Shown: positions 51,162 through 64,000 of the stretch, in pieces
Layout: each line of letters begins with the position of its first letter
Numbering within the stretch: the stretch's first letter is position 1
Source of the DNA: Catajapyx aquilonaris
Taxonomy: Eukaryota
Direction of reading: 5' to 3'
Length of the DNA stretch: 64,000 nt
NCBI GenBank assembly: GCA_000934665.2
Contig: KZ538248.1
Location: 1 to 64,000, forward strand
Notes under the pieces: generated by a model
Seen by the model: the letters and a program-made list of their open reading frames with translations, nothing else
What the model was told of the DNA's origin: nothing
Databases searched by the model: none
Translations under genes and position numbers: made by a program

Positions 51162-52779
51162 CATTAGTCTTTGGGAAGATAAATTACACCTCCAGAAAAG
51201 CTGCTTAGGATATTTACTTTATTATGTTCGCAAACTTTTCTTCTCACGATCTGTGGTGGTGTGAGAGGACTCCATTTAGGAAGTTTTGGAGGGGAATATA
51301 TAGGCAGGCACGGAGGTAGATCTGTTCCTTTCTCATCATTCCGGGCCGGCGATAATGGCTCATAATCGCAGGATGGACAAGCCGAGCGTGGCAGACAGAA
51401 GGCGGCTTTCATTTCCAGACAGTTGATCGATCACGAGACACCTCCCCCTTGAAGAGAAGGGAGTTAAGATGGAACTGGCTGGAAAATGCGAAATACGCGG
51501 CAGGAATGAGTCCTTTGGAATCGGCTTGGAAGGAGGTAGGCTACTTGTACGAAGCGCGGTCGGTTTAACGGGCGTTGAACCTGAGGAGGCCGATAAGTTG
51601 TCTTGACGTTTGGAGTTGCATAGCGAACATGCTAGTATCTGGAAGGAGTTTTGATCGCCAGTGTCGTCATGGGAAGAATTAGGTTGCTAGATGGCTGAAG
51701 GGAGGCTACCATATTTGTTATTAGTCCTAGGACGAGGCTAGCTGGAATACGAGTTTTCTTGTATGATACCACGACCACGGACTAGATATCTAAGGACTGT
51801 CCAGTGCAGCCCCCGGACACTTATACTATACATTCTGATGTTATCGCCTGCCGAGGCATTTTGCAGGGGGTGGGTGGGAGTGACCAGACCTTACTTTCTA
51901 TGACCATGGTCCAGTGTCCACTCCCCGTTTTATCGCGTTGGGTGGGAAACAGGGACGTTACGCACTCCGAAACCACAGGCGGCGCGCAGATCAGGAGCCA
52001 GACCGAAGAGGAACGCGATACGAGAGGGAGGGGCCAGTCCTGAGATACCTAGTCCGTGACCACGACACGACCCACAGCTGCAGAGTTCTGGCAAATGCAT
52101 TAAAATGGGCATTGTTGCTACCCCGAACTTTCGTGGAATGCCCTCAAAATTTTTGCCTTGTTTTCTCGATTTGCATTTTGTATAGCAAGTATTACCTCCG
52201 TGGATTCCTAATTTTTCCCCATGTTCCCGCAGTACCTTTAATTGTGCCTCGCCGCCAGCCTTTTGAACGCAGTACCTCATCCGAGACCCCCCCCACCCCC
52301 CCTGCTCGTATCAGCTAATTTTTGGGGGGACGAAAATGGGTGCAGTCCCCATGATGAATGCAGGGTCCCGCATTTTTTTCCCCCGGATGGGGTTGCATTT
52401 TGCCGGAGAAAGTGCTGGGGCAAAAAGCCTACCAAAAAAAAGGGGGAGGGGGCAATGCGAGTCCATTTCGGAGCCGTCACCCGGAGCAAGAGCGAGTGAG
52501 GTAATAGTGCGGGCGGGTTACGGCACTTGTTTCGACATATAGCCCTCCCCTACCCTACTCTTCCAACACTAAAACCCGAGGCGAGCTTGGGACATTAGGA
52601 GCCAGGCAGGCGGAACCGATGCTGGAGCCGGGCTTAACAGTCGGTAATCGGAGGGTTTCGTGGAGAAATGGGCGGGCAGAAGTGGGTCGGTTTAAGAAAA
52701 TCACCGCTATTTTAGGCGCTTCTTTTCCGATAGTAGTAAAGGCTAAGTTTTTTTTTTCGAAATTGTCTTTTTTTCGCAG

Positions 52780-52889
52780 GTGCCCGGCTACTCAGACTGG
52801 GTGCCAGTTTTCTGGAGCTGGATGTCCCTTTCGAGGCCCACAACGATCGGTGCTGAAACATCAGGAAGAGTGCACCTTCCGGGATGCAG
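52780..52889 (+). CDS. LNX: LNX-like coding exon 3 (TRAF/SIAH-type zinc finger); gene continues outside the window
   Basis: Acceptor TCTTTTTTTCGCAG|G, phase compatible with exon 2, reads (R)CPATQTGCQFSGAGCPFRGPQRSVLKHQEECTFRDA (C-x6-C-x11-H-x3-C). Donor CAG|GTACAG. Confidence 0.85.
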
Positions 52890-55800
52890 GTACAGTGTCC
52901 TTTTTTTGTGTGTGTGTGTATTCTTCAGCGTAAGGAGGCTTGTTCCAAGTACAATGTTGCTATTCAGCACAAGTCGCGTTTGTTGTAAAACGTGCGTTTC
53001 CCATTATGAAGCTGAATTGAGGGGAGAGTCTAGTTTTTGATATCAATATGATGCACCATAAAAATTTTGCGGCTTAAAATGGAATTGAAATAGTGACTGG
53101 GGGGCGCTCGTAAAATGCAGCGATTAGGGGATTATATGATCAATTACTCTCCAGTCACGTAGGGGGGCTTCCGTTTTTTAAAAAAATCATCCTGCCACCC
53201 GGTATGGAGCAAAAGAATATTTGGAAAAAAAAAGAAGGGTACAATGACCGCTGCACAATTTTGAGCCGAAAAGTTGAAAATGTGGGCGAGCATGAGAGCG
53301 ATAAAATTGGCTCCGAATTTATCTCCTTTGCCGTAAAATTGATTTCCGTTATCTCACTTTCCGATGGAGTACCAGTACGGTGTGAAAACGTCGACCGAAT
53401 GTCAGTTGGCAAAGTTCGGTTTCATCCTGCGTTGGAGGTGACCCATGCGCCTTAGTTGTGTATCACGCAGCCTAAAAGTTAGGGGCACAAGTACAGGTGG
53501 AATCCTCCAGGGGGCAGGCTAATGGATTCTGAGATGGTTCCATGTTTACTGGCAAGCTCAACAACACATTGTGGGCTAATGGTTTGCCTGTTAATAGACT
53601 TGGAAGGTAAATGTTATTGTAAGCGCATTGGCAGCAACAAAAAAACAGGTTCTTGGCAATAAAGGCTGACATTGGCTAATGCTAGTTTAATTATGTAAAC
53701 TGCGTGAGCCAGCCACATAAGAGAGATTAAGTTATTTAATGCCCTGGAGGATCCTAGGATTTATTGTGGGCTTGCAAGATCAAAGTAAACAAAAATAATC
53801 CAGCTGCACAATTATGCATGGTTGAGTAATTAATACGAAAGGCGCCTGCGCCAGGTACTGTGTTTATCTGGGCCTAAATGGAGACGTGTTGTGTCGGACT
53901 GATCCAGTGTTTTCGGTTTACTGAATATCAGGAGCTTATCTTGGGGCATTACCCCTGTTAATTCGCTGATAAATAACCGGGGCGCTCCCGTATATATTCA
54001 CCGGATTTGGCCATTACTGTAATGTGACTGTCAGAGGACCTAATTTTGACGCGCCGAAATAATATTGCGCCCGCGCTGGGAGACTCCTGGTGTTGCGCGA
54101 TACATGGGGGGTGATCATGTTGCAAAATGTAGCTTCGGGGAAATGGCGTGGTTACTCTTTATTCGCAGTATGAGTTAGCAAAGTGTTTGAACGGAAACGT
54201 TAAAAATGGCTAATTTATTTTCCAAATCTTTTCAGAGCGATAGCAATTAAACTTTGAAGTTGCAAAACAATCGCTTTAGGTGATGGGCTTTACGTAACGG
54301 TCCCGCTTTTTTTCAGAGCGGAACTATAGGGATACAAGGGAATTGGGATTTTCCTCTCCAGTCGACGTTTGTCTCCAGGAAATAAATGGGGGGAAGGAAT
54401 TCCTGATGAACCCGACTTAGCCTCTCCTGCGAATTCTTTAATCACGTTAGTAATTAAAGTGGAAAGTGGGATTGGAAGTTGGCCGTCCCTCCGGCTGAAT
54501 GGGGAATGAGACTAAGAGCCGAATGGAGTTTGGTCGAAGAGTGTGTTTCACCGAACTTTTAATGCCAAACGAATTTTGGTCAGTGCCGGCCAATATTTTA
54601 TACACGGTTCGGCGGAACAGGGTGATGTCCTTCCTCCAGCTTAAGTTTGAATCAATGGGCTTGCAGATTCGTACAAATGGGTTATCTTTGTTCCTGAGAG
54701 TTTTCCCCTACTTGCGGTTGTGCGCCTGAGCGGGAGCGCAATTAATGTCGGGCGATGATGAGCAGCGAACGGCGGGGTAATTAGCAAAGTTTGCAGCGGC
54801 CAAATTGCATTTCCTTACATATCTGTTGCCATTCCGGCCAAGTAGGAACATCGCTCATGGGGAGGGGAGGGGGGGGATGAAAAAAAATCGCTTCTTTTGT
54901 TTCCTAAGATCTTTTTCGTCGGTGGGCGAGAAAAGCCTAATGGAGGGCCCCGGAAAGGAACGGGAACAACTTAGGCCTAAGTGATCGGGAAGCTTCGTTA
55001 ATCCCGGCCGTTGCTTCTCGCCCTTAATAGGATCCGAGTTACTAATTCGGTTCTTTGCCCGACGCCAAAGACGGCGGACAATGCATCTTGGAGCTTGGGT
55101 CCATCCGGTTCCTTTTTCCTGAAGGAGAATGGACCAAGTTTGGCTGGGGTTTACGGGCAGGATGGAAGCTTTGGAGAGTCGATTTGTCTGGAGGGAGGAA
55201 ACTACATAGGCAATTGAAACAGAAAGGGGTGGGGGTGGGGGGTTCAGTTCCAATTAATTGCCATTTCCTGGAGAGCGATTGAGGCGAATGTGGGATGTTC
55301 ACTGGATAACTTGGGCCGTGAAGGTTGCGCGAAAGGGCTTCCAAATATTTTGTTACGGCGGGTTCATTGTATTTTGGACAAAATTGGGTGCTTTCATGCT
55401 ACAGCCATGTCGACTACAAATGACTCTATTTATTTGCTGGAAAAGTGCCGTTGTAGGGGGAAGCACGCACCGAGTTATGGCTCTCTGTATATATAGCGAG
55501 TGTGAAAAAAGACTGCCCAGCGTTTGATATAACCCTCCTTTCTTTTTTTTATGATCAGTTATCACGGTAGAGTGGCCTCCATTTTGTGATACTGTAGCCG
55601 TTGCTCTCGCTTCCATGACGTTGGTAACCAATCAACACAACTGGATTCTCCTGTAGGGCTGGGTAGTTTTTCTCTTTAGAGTAGGAGATGTATCAGGCAT
55701 GTCTGAGGCGCCATGCTATATTTTATGTGAAGACCTAGTTTTAGGTTTTTGAAATCATACCAGAACTATATGTACAGTAAAAGAGAAGCGAGCTTGCCAA

Positions 55801-58261
55801 GGAGTGCGACATGTTTTATTTTCATTTGTTTCACAGTGGGCCCTTGACCAGCATGTCGCCCAGCCCCCCTTTTATCGAAATGAAATAATAAAGTTTGTCT
55901 GGGAACTATTGTGTCTCCGGGTTTGGTGTCATCCATCCCGAGAGAATTGCCATCTATACGAAAGCCTCCCTCGGTTTTCTCGATAAAAGTGTGAGTCGAT
56001 ATGAACTTCTGTCATTTACTTTCCCTTCCTCTTTTTACCCCCCACCTTCCACTTTTCTCCAAAAGAGGAGGCGTTTCTGCCATTTCCTTTGTCGTGTGAT
56101 CGAAGCGCATGTACAGTACAAGGAGGTTCAAAAGAAGGAGGAGTTTGCCTAGTTTGGAATGAAAATTTCATACCTTTACATACTTTTGTTCCCTTAGAAA
56201 AATATTAGTAGTTGGGGGACAGGTTGAAATTGAGTTGCCTGCCGGTATAAAGCAGCTTCTTTGTGGGCTCCTGTTCCTTTTGTGCTGATATCCTCCAGGG
56301 GGAGAGGGGGGGGGAGCTTATTTTTGGACGTAAGTGTAGTCCCAGGCTATATCGGAAAAAATAGCTTGGGTGTAGTTGCGTTCATCGAGTTATTGATTTC
56401 GAGCTTTTAGAAAAAAAAATTTAGCGGTGGGTTGGGACAGGAGAATGAAAAGACGTTTAGGTAGAGAGGGCTTGGTTTATTTACTTGCCCAGGATGTGAA
56501 CTCTGGAGACAATTTTTAGGGTCCTTTGGTGCTGGTTAAACATTCCAAAATAGTACAGGCTGCAGATATAAGTAGGCTGGATAATTTTTGAGTAAAATTA
56601 ATCACGTTGATGTTCACAGTTGGGATTACAGGTACGTGCGGATCATGTTATGAACTGCGCATCAGGTCTTTGGGAAATCTGACACACTAGGAGTTATATG
56701 TAGGCGCAAGAGCTCAAAGGAGATTACCCTGGTGAAAACGTGCCATGGGCTTATACAGTAAAACGCGGCTACATTTTTGAAATAAACCTCTAGCATTCCT
56801 CAAGGTGCAGGCTTTTGAGGACCCGAGCAGGACACATACTTGCATCTCATTTTGTAGCTATGCTTTGGGCTCCTGAATTCCTCTTCGTATCTGCTATACG
56901 TGAGACGGAAAGATATTTGTGATTGGCCTTTGTTACTGCTTTGTTAGAAGCATGTCTGATATGGTCGTTACTAAAATGTCGGGGCAGATGGTGGTGTAGA
57001 CAGAAGGAAGTAGGGAAAATGTAAGAAGGGTATAGGAGTAAAATTGTCAAATCAGATTTTCCAACTTTCTCGCTTCAGAAGCGGCAACCGCGAGAAGATT
57101 CTCCGATATTCCATGTCGGATGCAGGCCAAAAAAATAGGAGGAAAAGGCAGTGCATTAATGTCCTGGCGACGCCTAGAAAGAGGAAAACGTGCGGATAAT
57201 TCCAAAGGCTTTTAATCTCTGGGATGCGGCAGGCACATCCCAGCAGGCTGCAATATTAGCTGGGGATTGTTCCCTATCGCATTATCCCGCTCACTAACTC
57301 TGACGCCTGTAAATACCAAGCTATTCCCCCATTAATGAAAGTTAAATAAGCGGACGGAGATATCGGCGGCGGGGACTTAGGGAGCAGATGCAATATTAAT
57401 GAGCGCAGATTCTATCTTTAGACACAGTAGAAGGAATGCCATAGTCGTCATCCACAACGGCGGTCAATTTGTACCGGCCCATGTACCAGTTTGTTAAGCA
57501 GCTTTTTCAAGCGTAACTAACACTAATTATTTTGTACGGCATACAAGTCTTTGTGTGTCGAAGTGGCACTCGTTGCACCTGACTGCAAATCGCTTTTGTG
57601 TAGGTCCATCCTTACAGACGTAATTGGACGTAATTGCACTAATTAACCCGGCATCACATGGGTTGTTTAGCACTGTGCGGTGAATTGCCCTTTGTTGCGA
57701 CATATACGGTACAGAATTCCTAGAATTGAACTGTAGCTTCTACTCTTGAGTTTCATTAGTCGGGGGCAAAGAAGGAAGGTTCAGTGTCGAAATGGCGCGG
57801 AAAGATTGCCTGGGGGCTCATGTATCGCTTTCAGTCCGCTGTAATTGGCCTAGTCTCGCAAGGTGGAAGGCTCACGGAAATATTATAGGAACCTTTGAGA
57901 TGGCACCGACCAAAAAGGAGTCCTGTAATGAGGCGCCAAGGCTTCCAGAGATCGGCTTATCACTCATCAGCCGCCTTTTCCCGCCCGATAGTGATCCAAT
58001 ATTCCTCTAGAGGCCGCTCTCTTTACAAAAGAGTATTTTCTTGCCGTTCTATACCTTCCCCCCCCCCTCCCCCCCTCTCCCTTGCCCTGTGGACTTGTTA
58101 GCGTTGGTTCGATCCCGGGTTGGAAATTTGATCGCGTCGTACCCGGACACAAAAGTTGCCTCTGGGGAGTCGTCCATGGTGTTCATTATGAGAGTGTATT
58201 GCTCGATACTGCGAACAACTGGTAATATTTTCGAGAGTAATATTTCCATTGCTCTTCTTAA

Positions 58262-58681
58262 AGGGACACTCCTCTCAAAAAAACAAGGTTGGCTCTAAAA
58301 ATCGGGCAAAAAATTTGGAATCCGAAGGTGCAATGCGTTTTTCACTACGCGGAATGGTAATCCCAGGGCGAGGGGTCAAAGTGGGGTAATTCAAATAGGG
58401 CGCTAGAAGCTGGCCGTCCGCCAGCGACGCCCTCGGGACCTTGGGAACTGGAGGGCTGCTTCCGCCTGCCCCCGCGCTTATGCCCATTCCAGAGCGGTGC
58501 AGCCCTCCAGTTCCCCTGTTCCCCGCGTGGCGACGCGACGCCGCTCATTAGCAGACGACACACTTTGACACCTCGCCCTGGGATTACCGTTCCGCGTAGC
58601 GAAAAACGGATTGCACCTCGGGATTCAGGTTTTTTTGCCCGATTTTTAGAGCCAAGCGTGTTTTTTGAGTGGAGTGTCCCT
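58262..58681. mobile_element. Non-autonomous Kolobok-like DNA transposon (TTAA TSD, AG...CT termini)
   Basis: TTAA|AGGGACACTCC.CTCAAAAAA ... TTTTTTGAGTGGAGTGTCCCT|TTAA, with imperfect TIRs of about 120 bp. Confidence 0.82.
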
Positions 58682-59856
58682 TTAAGGTCTGTGGTTAATT
58701 TATTACTGCGCACTTTGATTATTCGATTACAGTCGAGTGGACGTGCGCTTTGTCGAGTTAAGCTGCTCTCTCCTATCCGAATTATTTGCCGAGCAGGTTC
58801 TTCATTAAAACACGGCATCGCAGAAGCGACAAGTAGGCTTCGAAGGGAATTAGGTCCTTTAGTTCGGACAGACGGCGACAGTTTGGGGGAGGCGGGCATC
58901 AAGTCGGTGGATCCAGCATCGGAAATGAGATGTCGGATAGAATCTCCCCCTTCTGTGAAAGCGGATTTGCAGATAGTTTGCAGTTCATTTTGTGCGTAGG
59001 GTGGGGTGAACTTGAGAATTTTTTTCCCCCTGTTTTCTCATTCCGAGCATGCGAAGGTTGTCGCCATCGGTCATGAGGGGAGTAACTCCGCCCAGGTCAT
59101 CCTTTTTACTCTGGAAGATCAGGAGAACGAACAGTTGTGTTTGTCACACGCGATCTGTTCGGTCAAGAGGTTATATGTGGATAAAGCCGGTTTGACAAGA
59201 GCCGTTTTAGTACAGTTAAGTATGGAACGTCACGAAATAATGATCTTTGGACACGTATTGTTGGTGACAGTTTTCCTTTCAGAGTGACGCGATTCTTTGT
59301 GTCCTCGAGCAATAATTGGTTCCAGTTTTTGACGCGTATCACGTACCAGGATTGCCAGAGATAGCGTGACGGTGTCATCACTGATTCGTCCGACATTATT
59401 CTTCGTAACACGTGCAGGAGACTGCTTCTCGTGAATAGGGTGGCCGGGACAAAAAAATATATTGTCAGCCAGAAGCGCTTCTTGCACCCCGTCGAGCATT
59501 TTCTAGTTGCGGAAAAAACCTAGCGAAGTATCAGCTGTCAGAAACAGGTTGCCGCATGTTATGTTATCTATCCGGTCGCTCCATCAGGAAGGCACAGAGG
59601 AACCATGATTTGCATGGATAGTTCCGGAGGTTTATACGAAGTGTTTATTATCCGTGACTTGTCCTGCAGGCTCGTAAATTCGTTAGCTTTTAAAAGGGAT
59701 GGCGATGCTCTTAGCGGATAAATGCAAGCTGGAAGTAAGGAGCTTTAATTTATTCTGGGTTCTGCAGTCGGTTTTATAGCATGGTATCCTAAGTAAGCCC
59801 GAAGTTTTAGAACAGATACTGGACTTACTTTTCTCTGCATTGCCAGCGAGATTTAA

Positions 59857-60038
59857 CCCAGATATTTTTTAACATATTTTTCACGAGCAGATAATTTGAA
59901 CAATATTGTAGCTCACACGTCAGGATGAACGGAACGGGTTCCGTTCATCCTGAAGTGTGGGCTACCCGCTCGACGGGACAGTTCTTTTTGAAATGTTGAT
60001 ACAAGTGTCCTATATATAGGACGCCAGGCATATCTGGG
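59857..60038. mobile_element. Small piggyBac-like non-autonomous element
   Basis: TTAA|CCCAGATAT ... ATATCTGGG|TTAG, with an internal 58-nt hairpin (59908-59965) and the subterminal palindrome GTCCTATATATAGGAC. Confidence 0.6.
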
Positions 60039-63000
60039 TTAGGTACTAGAAAACTGCATCTTGATTTATTAGAAATTAAGGCCGATTCGAACTTGCTGGG
60101 CAGTAACTCCCTATACTAATGGTTGTGCACACGCATTAAATATTAGTGGCGCTATATGCAAACGACTTAACGACAGCGGAAACTTTCCATGCCGTTTATT
60201 CACGTTGCAGTGTGGGGCCCCCTTTTTCTGGCCGGTCGATTTCCCCGGGTTACTTTTGCATAGCAATCAACCTCTCTCACTTGCTGCATATTTCACCCTC
60301 TGTTTATGCATCAGTCATTAAGCACGACGGAGGTTCCTGATTCATGCAGGACTATAATCGGGAATTGCCATTTGTTTTGGAGACGTGGAAAAGCGAATAC
60401 CTCTCCGCACCTTATACAAGTCTAAATAGCTTGGGTTTTTAAAAAAAATCTGATTCGCCTTAATGTCGGCTGAGAGAGAAAATTTCGGGGCTTCTTGCTT
60501 GGGAAGGGATTTTCAGGGGGTGAAATACTGTGTCATCTTGTGCGTGCCGTGTTCCTCACGAGCTTCCAGGCTGCATAATAATATTCGATCAGGCAGGCCG
60601 GAATTCCCATCGGGGCCGATAAAAAATTCCGGTCGACACCTCCAAATTCTGGGATTTTGTCGGGGATACGCGACAGGGGGATTTAATTTTCATAGGTCTT
60701 TTAGAAGAAAGGGGTATCTTTTTAATCTGTGTTTTTTTTTTGTGTGACTTATATGACTGTTCGGGTAATGGAATTAACAGGAATTGTTCCGGAACTGTGG
60801 GAGTTTTGACTGCTCCAGTAACTTTGGTTGGGTTATTTCCAATATCAGTCGCCTTCAGAAAAAGGGGTACCGTCCTTTTAACGGGCGTAGATATAACTTT
60901 TGCCCAGGGTGGATATTGGTTTTCATCTCAACACAGCCTATCAGCGTGAATAAGCAGGCGGTTGGGGAACGTATCGGAACGGACTTCCTAACTGCGGTAT
61001 CTCTGTTCCGGGCTTCGCCGACGGAACATTCTGTACCCACGTCTCTGGGTACCATTTGCTCCCCAAAAATATAGCCCTAGCGAGTAACGTTCGATATATT
61101 TTTACTATGCCCTCCTGAACGGGAGGCAGTACATTTACGTCGTTCGTCGAATTGATCATCCCTCCCCCGGTTCTTGAACGGAAGTTAGATGAAGCGAAGA
61201 GGGTCGGACGCCTGGGATTTCTAGTGGTCGTTGTCACAGGCTGTCATTGTTCAGCCCTGGGGGGGGTCTGGGCGATTGGGAGGCCGAAGCAGATCGCCAG
61301 CTATATCAAAGGGAGAAAGGATGCTTCGATAATGGACGCTGAGTCGGGACAGATAAAAATTGTGGGGGTTTTCGAAGAGGATTTTCAGAGGAGCTTTTTT
61401 TGAGGGGGATGGAATCGACCTTCACCCACAATGGATGCTGGGGGTATTTGGAAAAGGGGATTACCAGAGGCAGACCCGGGCCCAAAGTGGGGTTAAGACT
61501 TTAATTCGTTTTGAGAAATTAGTTTTGGTCGGGTGACCTGGTTTTTTTTTCTTGATTGTTATTGCCATTGTGGGTAAGATGGTCGGAATTTTTGTTGTGA
61601 CGGGAAAAGTGGTCCGCTTTAAATAGCGCCTTTAATATTGGGTTGGAAGTCCTTTTTTTTTTTTGCAGAAACATGAGCAGGTGCAGGTAACAGATCCGAC
61701 GTGGTGTTGAGCATGTGCGGCTCACAAAACTCAACACTTTGTCAGTTAAAGCAAGGGGAATTAAAATGCACTGTCAGTCCATAAAGGCCCATGCATACCT
61801 GCTTGTTACTGTGATATCCCCTCGTCACAAAAGAACCAGGAGGGAAACAACGAGAACTTCATGAAAGGGCCACTTAGGCGGCTTCTGATTTGTCAAAAGC
61901 TACAAAGGTCCTTCATCGTAGAGACATCCTCCGTTTCATGTTGACAAAAAGTTGAATGGTAGCCCAGATTCTCTTGGTGTTGATGTGGTCCCACGACTTG
62001 TTTAGCTGTTTGTGCTTGTCCGGACAATAACGGATTGCCTGCTGGCGCGAATCGCACTTTTTTTAATTAACATTCCACTGTAAACTGGTGGCGCCAGATA
62101 CAAATCTGCTGGCGAATGAACTCTCGGGAAATAAAAATAGCTGTGGAGCATTGTACCGCACTGTATCCCCGGTAGTCGTACAGTATTCCTGCTTTTGGAA
62201 CCACGTATTCACCGCCATGTTATTTTATTACACGGTGTTACGCATATTAGACTGCTGGCTTGTTTTTTCATGCACATCAGGCAGCCATATGTGTTTAAAA
62301 CGGGGCGAAATAAACGTCGTTATATTCAGGGACTGGAAATGCGGAGGAATGTGTGCAATTGTGACATTGTTCCTTATGTTAATTACGGAGACAGTCTGCT
62401 GTCGTAGACAAGCGTTATCCGTCCATGTTCACGGTGCTATTAGCAGTAAGCCTCTCCAGAAGGCTATTGGGACGCAAGTCCCATTGAGCAAGGCTTTCAG
62501 AATAATCTAGAAGCTTTGCGCCTTCCGGGACGCGGATGATAGGCTTGGCCATTCCCAGAAGCACTGTATATATAGTTGACTGCTATACACCCGCCAACCA
62601 CGAATTATATCCCGCTCGGCAGGATGCGAATGCAATTTTCTGCTCGCCGTGTGTGTATCCTGCCCTGAGCGGAGTTGTGCACTGTATATATTGTAAATAA
62701 TAGCAAGAATGATAGTTGAGGGTTTTTTTTTGTGGACATACAGGACAGTGTCCGGTTTATATGCGTGCCACGAGTTACAAAGGCAGAGAGGCTGAATAGT
62801 CGAGAGTCGAGATTGAAAAAGCTGGGGGTGTATTGGGGGCAGAGGCTCGTGTGATTGCAGAACAAAAAAGCCTTTACCGTAGCCAATTGCACTGCCGCGC
62901 GCCCATGACACGAGCATTTCTAATTGTCCATCCCGGTGGACTGGGTCAATAGTCATCTTGGATGTGATGGAAACAGGCAGTCCATGGTAGCATATATACC

Positions 63001-64000
63001 TGCCGCCAAAAGTTGGGGGGGCTTCATTTGAACTAGGGGAGAGGTAAATTCAGTAGTTTGTCGCCCGCATGGATCCGGTCCACTCATCTGGAGCGGGGTT
63101 CAATCCAGTCGGGTATGGGTATTTCATGTGGCTTGCACCACACCCCTCCCCTTCCATACCGTACCGCCGGATATTGCACCCGGAGCCGCCTCAATCTGAC
63201 TCTGATTGCTTTAAAATGTAATGCCGGAGCTGGGGAAAATTACAAAAAGGCGTTGCTGCATTCCCGAGTTTTAAAATATTTTTTGGGGGGAAACATGGGT
63301 ATGAATTGGAAATGTTTGCTGCTCATAATATTGAACTTGGTGCGGACCGCTGCCTGGCGCAGCGATTGGCTTTGTGTGTAATGCGTATTGTTGGATGGCA
63401 GATGCCAGAGAATGTTTCGGCTTGTCAATTCAGTGCCGGCCGAATAGTTGTCACCGGCACGTGCAGTGTGCGGTGAACTCAGTTACCCCCCGAAAATAAA
63501 GTTTGCCTTATTAAATCAATATGAATATTGCAGCGATAATTTTGTTCTTGGTTTTTGCCCGGCAGTGCTAGTTCGGTTATTATTCATAACGAAAGTGCGG
63601 TGTGTGTTTACGACATTGCCGGATTTTTCCCCCCTTCATTACAGCACCCTTTTTTTCCCCCTTCTTCTGGGAGAAGAGAATAGGGCCTATCGCATTCCTA
63701 TATCTGGCTTAGACAGTAGATTCATCAACTCCGGGCTTTACTTTGACACGTGGAAAATTGCTTTTGCTTTTCCTCCCTATTCTTTTCAAGTTACAAATAA
63801 CCAGGAATGTAAAGAGACAAATTTATGGCTCTAGCTTGGGCTGAGAGTGCAGTTGGTGGGGTTATAGTATCTCTGGATATTTTCCCGAGCACTAATTCTG
63901 ATTTATCAAAGAGTCTTCGCGTTGGCAGAAGCCAGCCTTTAACCGCATGGGCAAACACATCAGGATGTTGGATACCGAGTGGAAAAAACACTTGTATTTA

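Noticed and set aside
52890..64000. Further LNX (PDZ) exons
   Set aside because: No PDZ-like (GLGF-type) segment with convincing splice sites was found, so I treat this region as intron.
1..64000. Prokaryotic-type systems (CRISPR arrays, operons, defence islands)
   Set aside because: Spliceosomal introns and low coding density are present, and there are no regularly spaced direct repeats.

Overview
Eukaryotic genomic DNA, intron-rich with small assembly gaps. It is probably from a non-dipteran insect or other arthropod, inferred from the peptide family and SINE type. Nearly all ORF-track entries are spurious. Supported content: (1) a tandem + strand cluster of three ~31-codon single-TM smORFs at 3744, 15583 and 27227, recognisable as sarcolamban/sarcolipin/phospholamban-family SERCA regulators; (2) the first three coding exons of an LNX1/2-like RING E3 ligase on the + strand, which continues beyond the window; (3) a complete six-exon, 334-aa Aurora B-like kinase on the - strand, nested in the LNX intron and carrying unusual activation-segment substitutions (DFGS instead of DFGW, GTQDY instead of GTLDY); (4) several families of non-autonomous DNA transposons (one nested in another), one tRNA-derived SINE with target-site duplication, and two back-to-back palindromes just past the Aurora polyA signal. 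All family assignments come from motif recognition by eye, with no database search.
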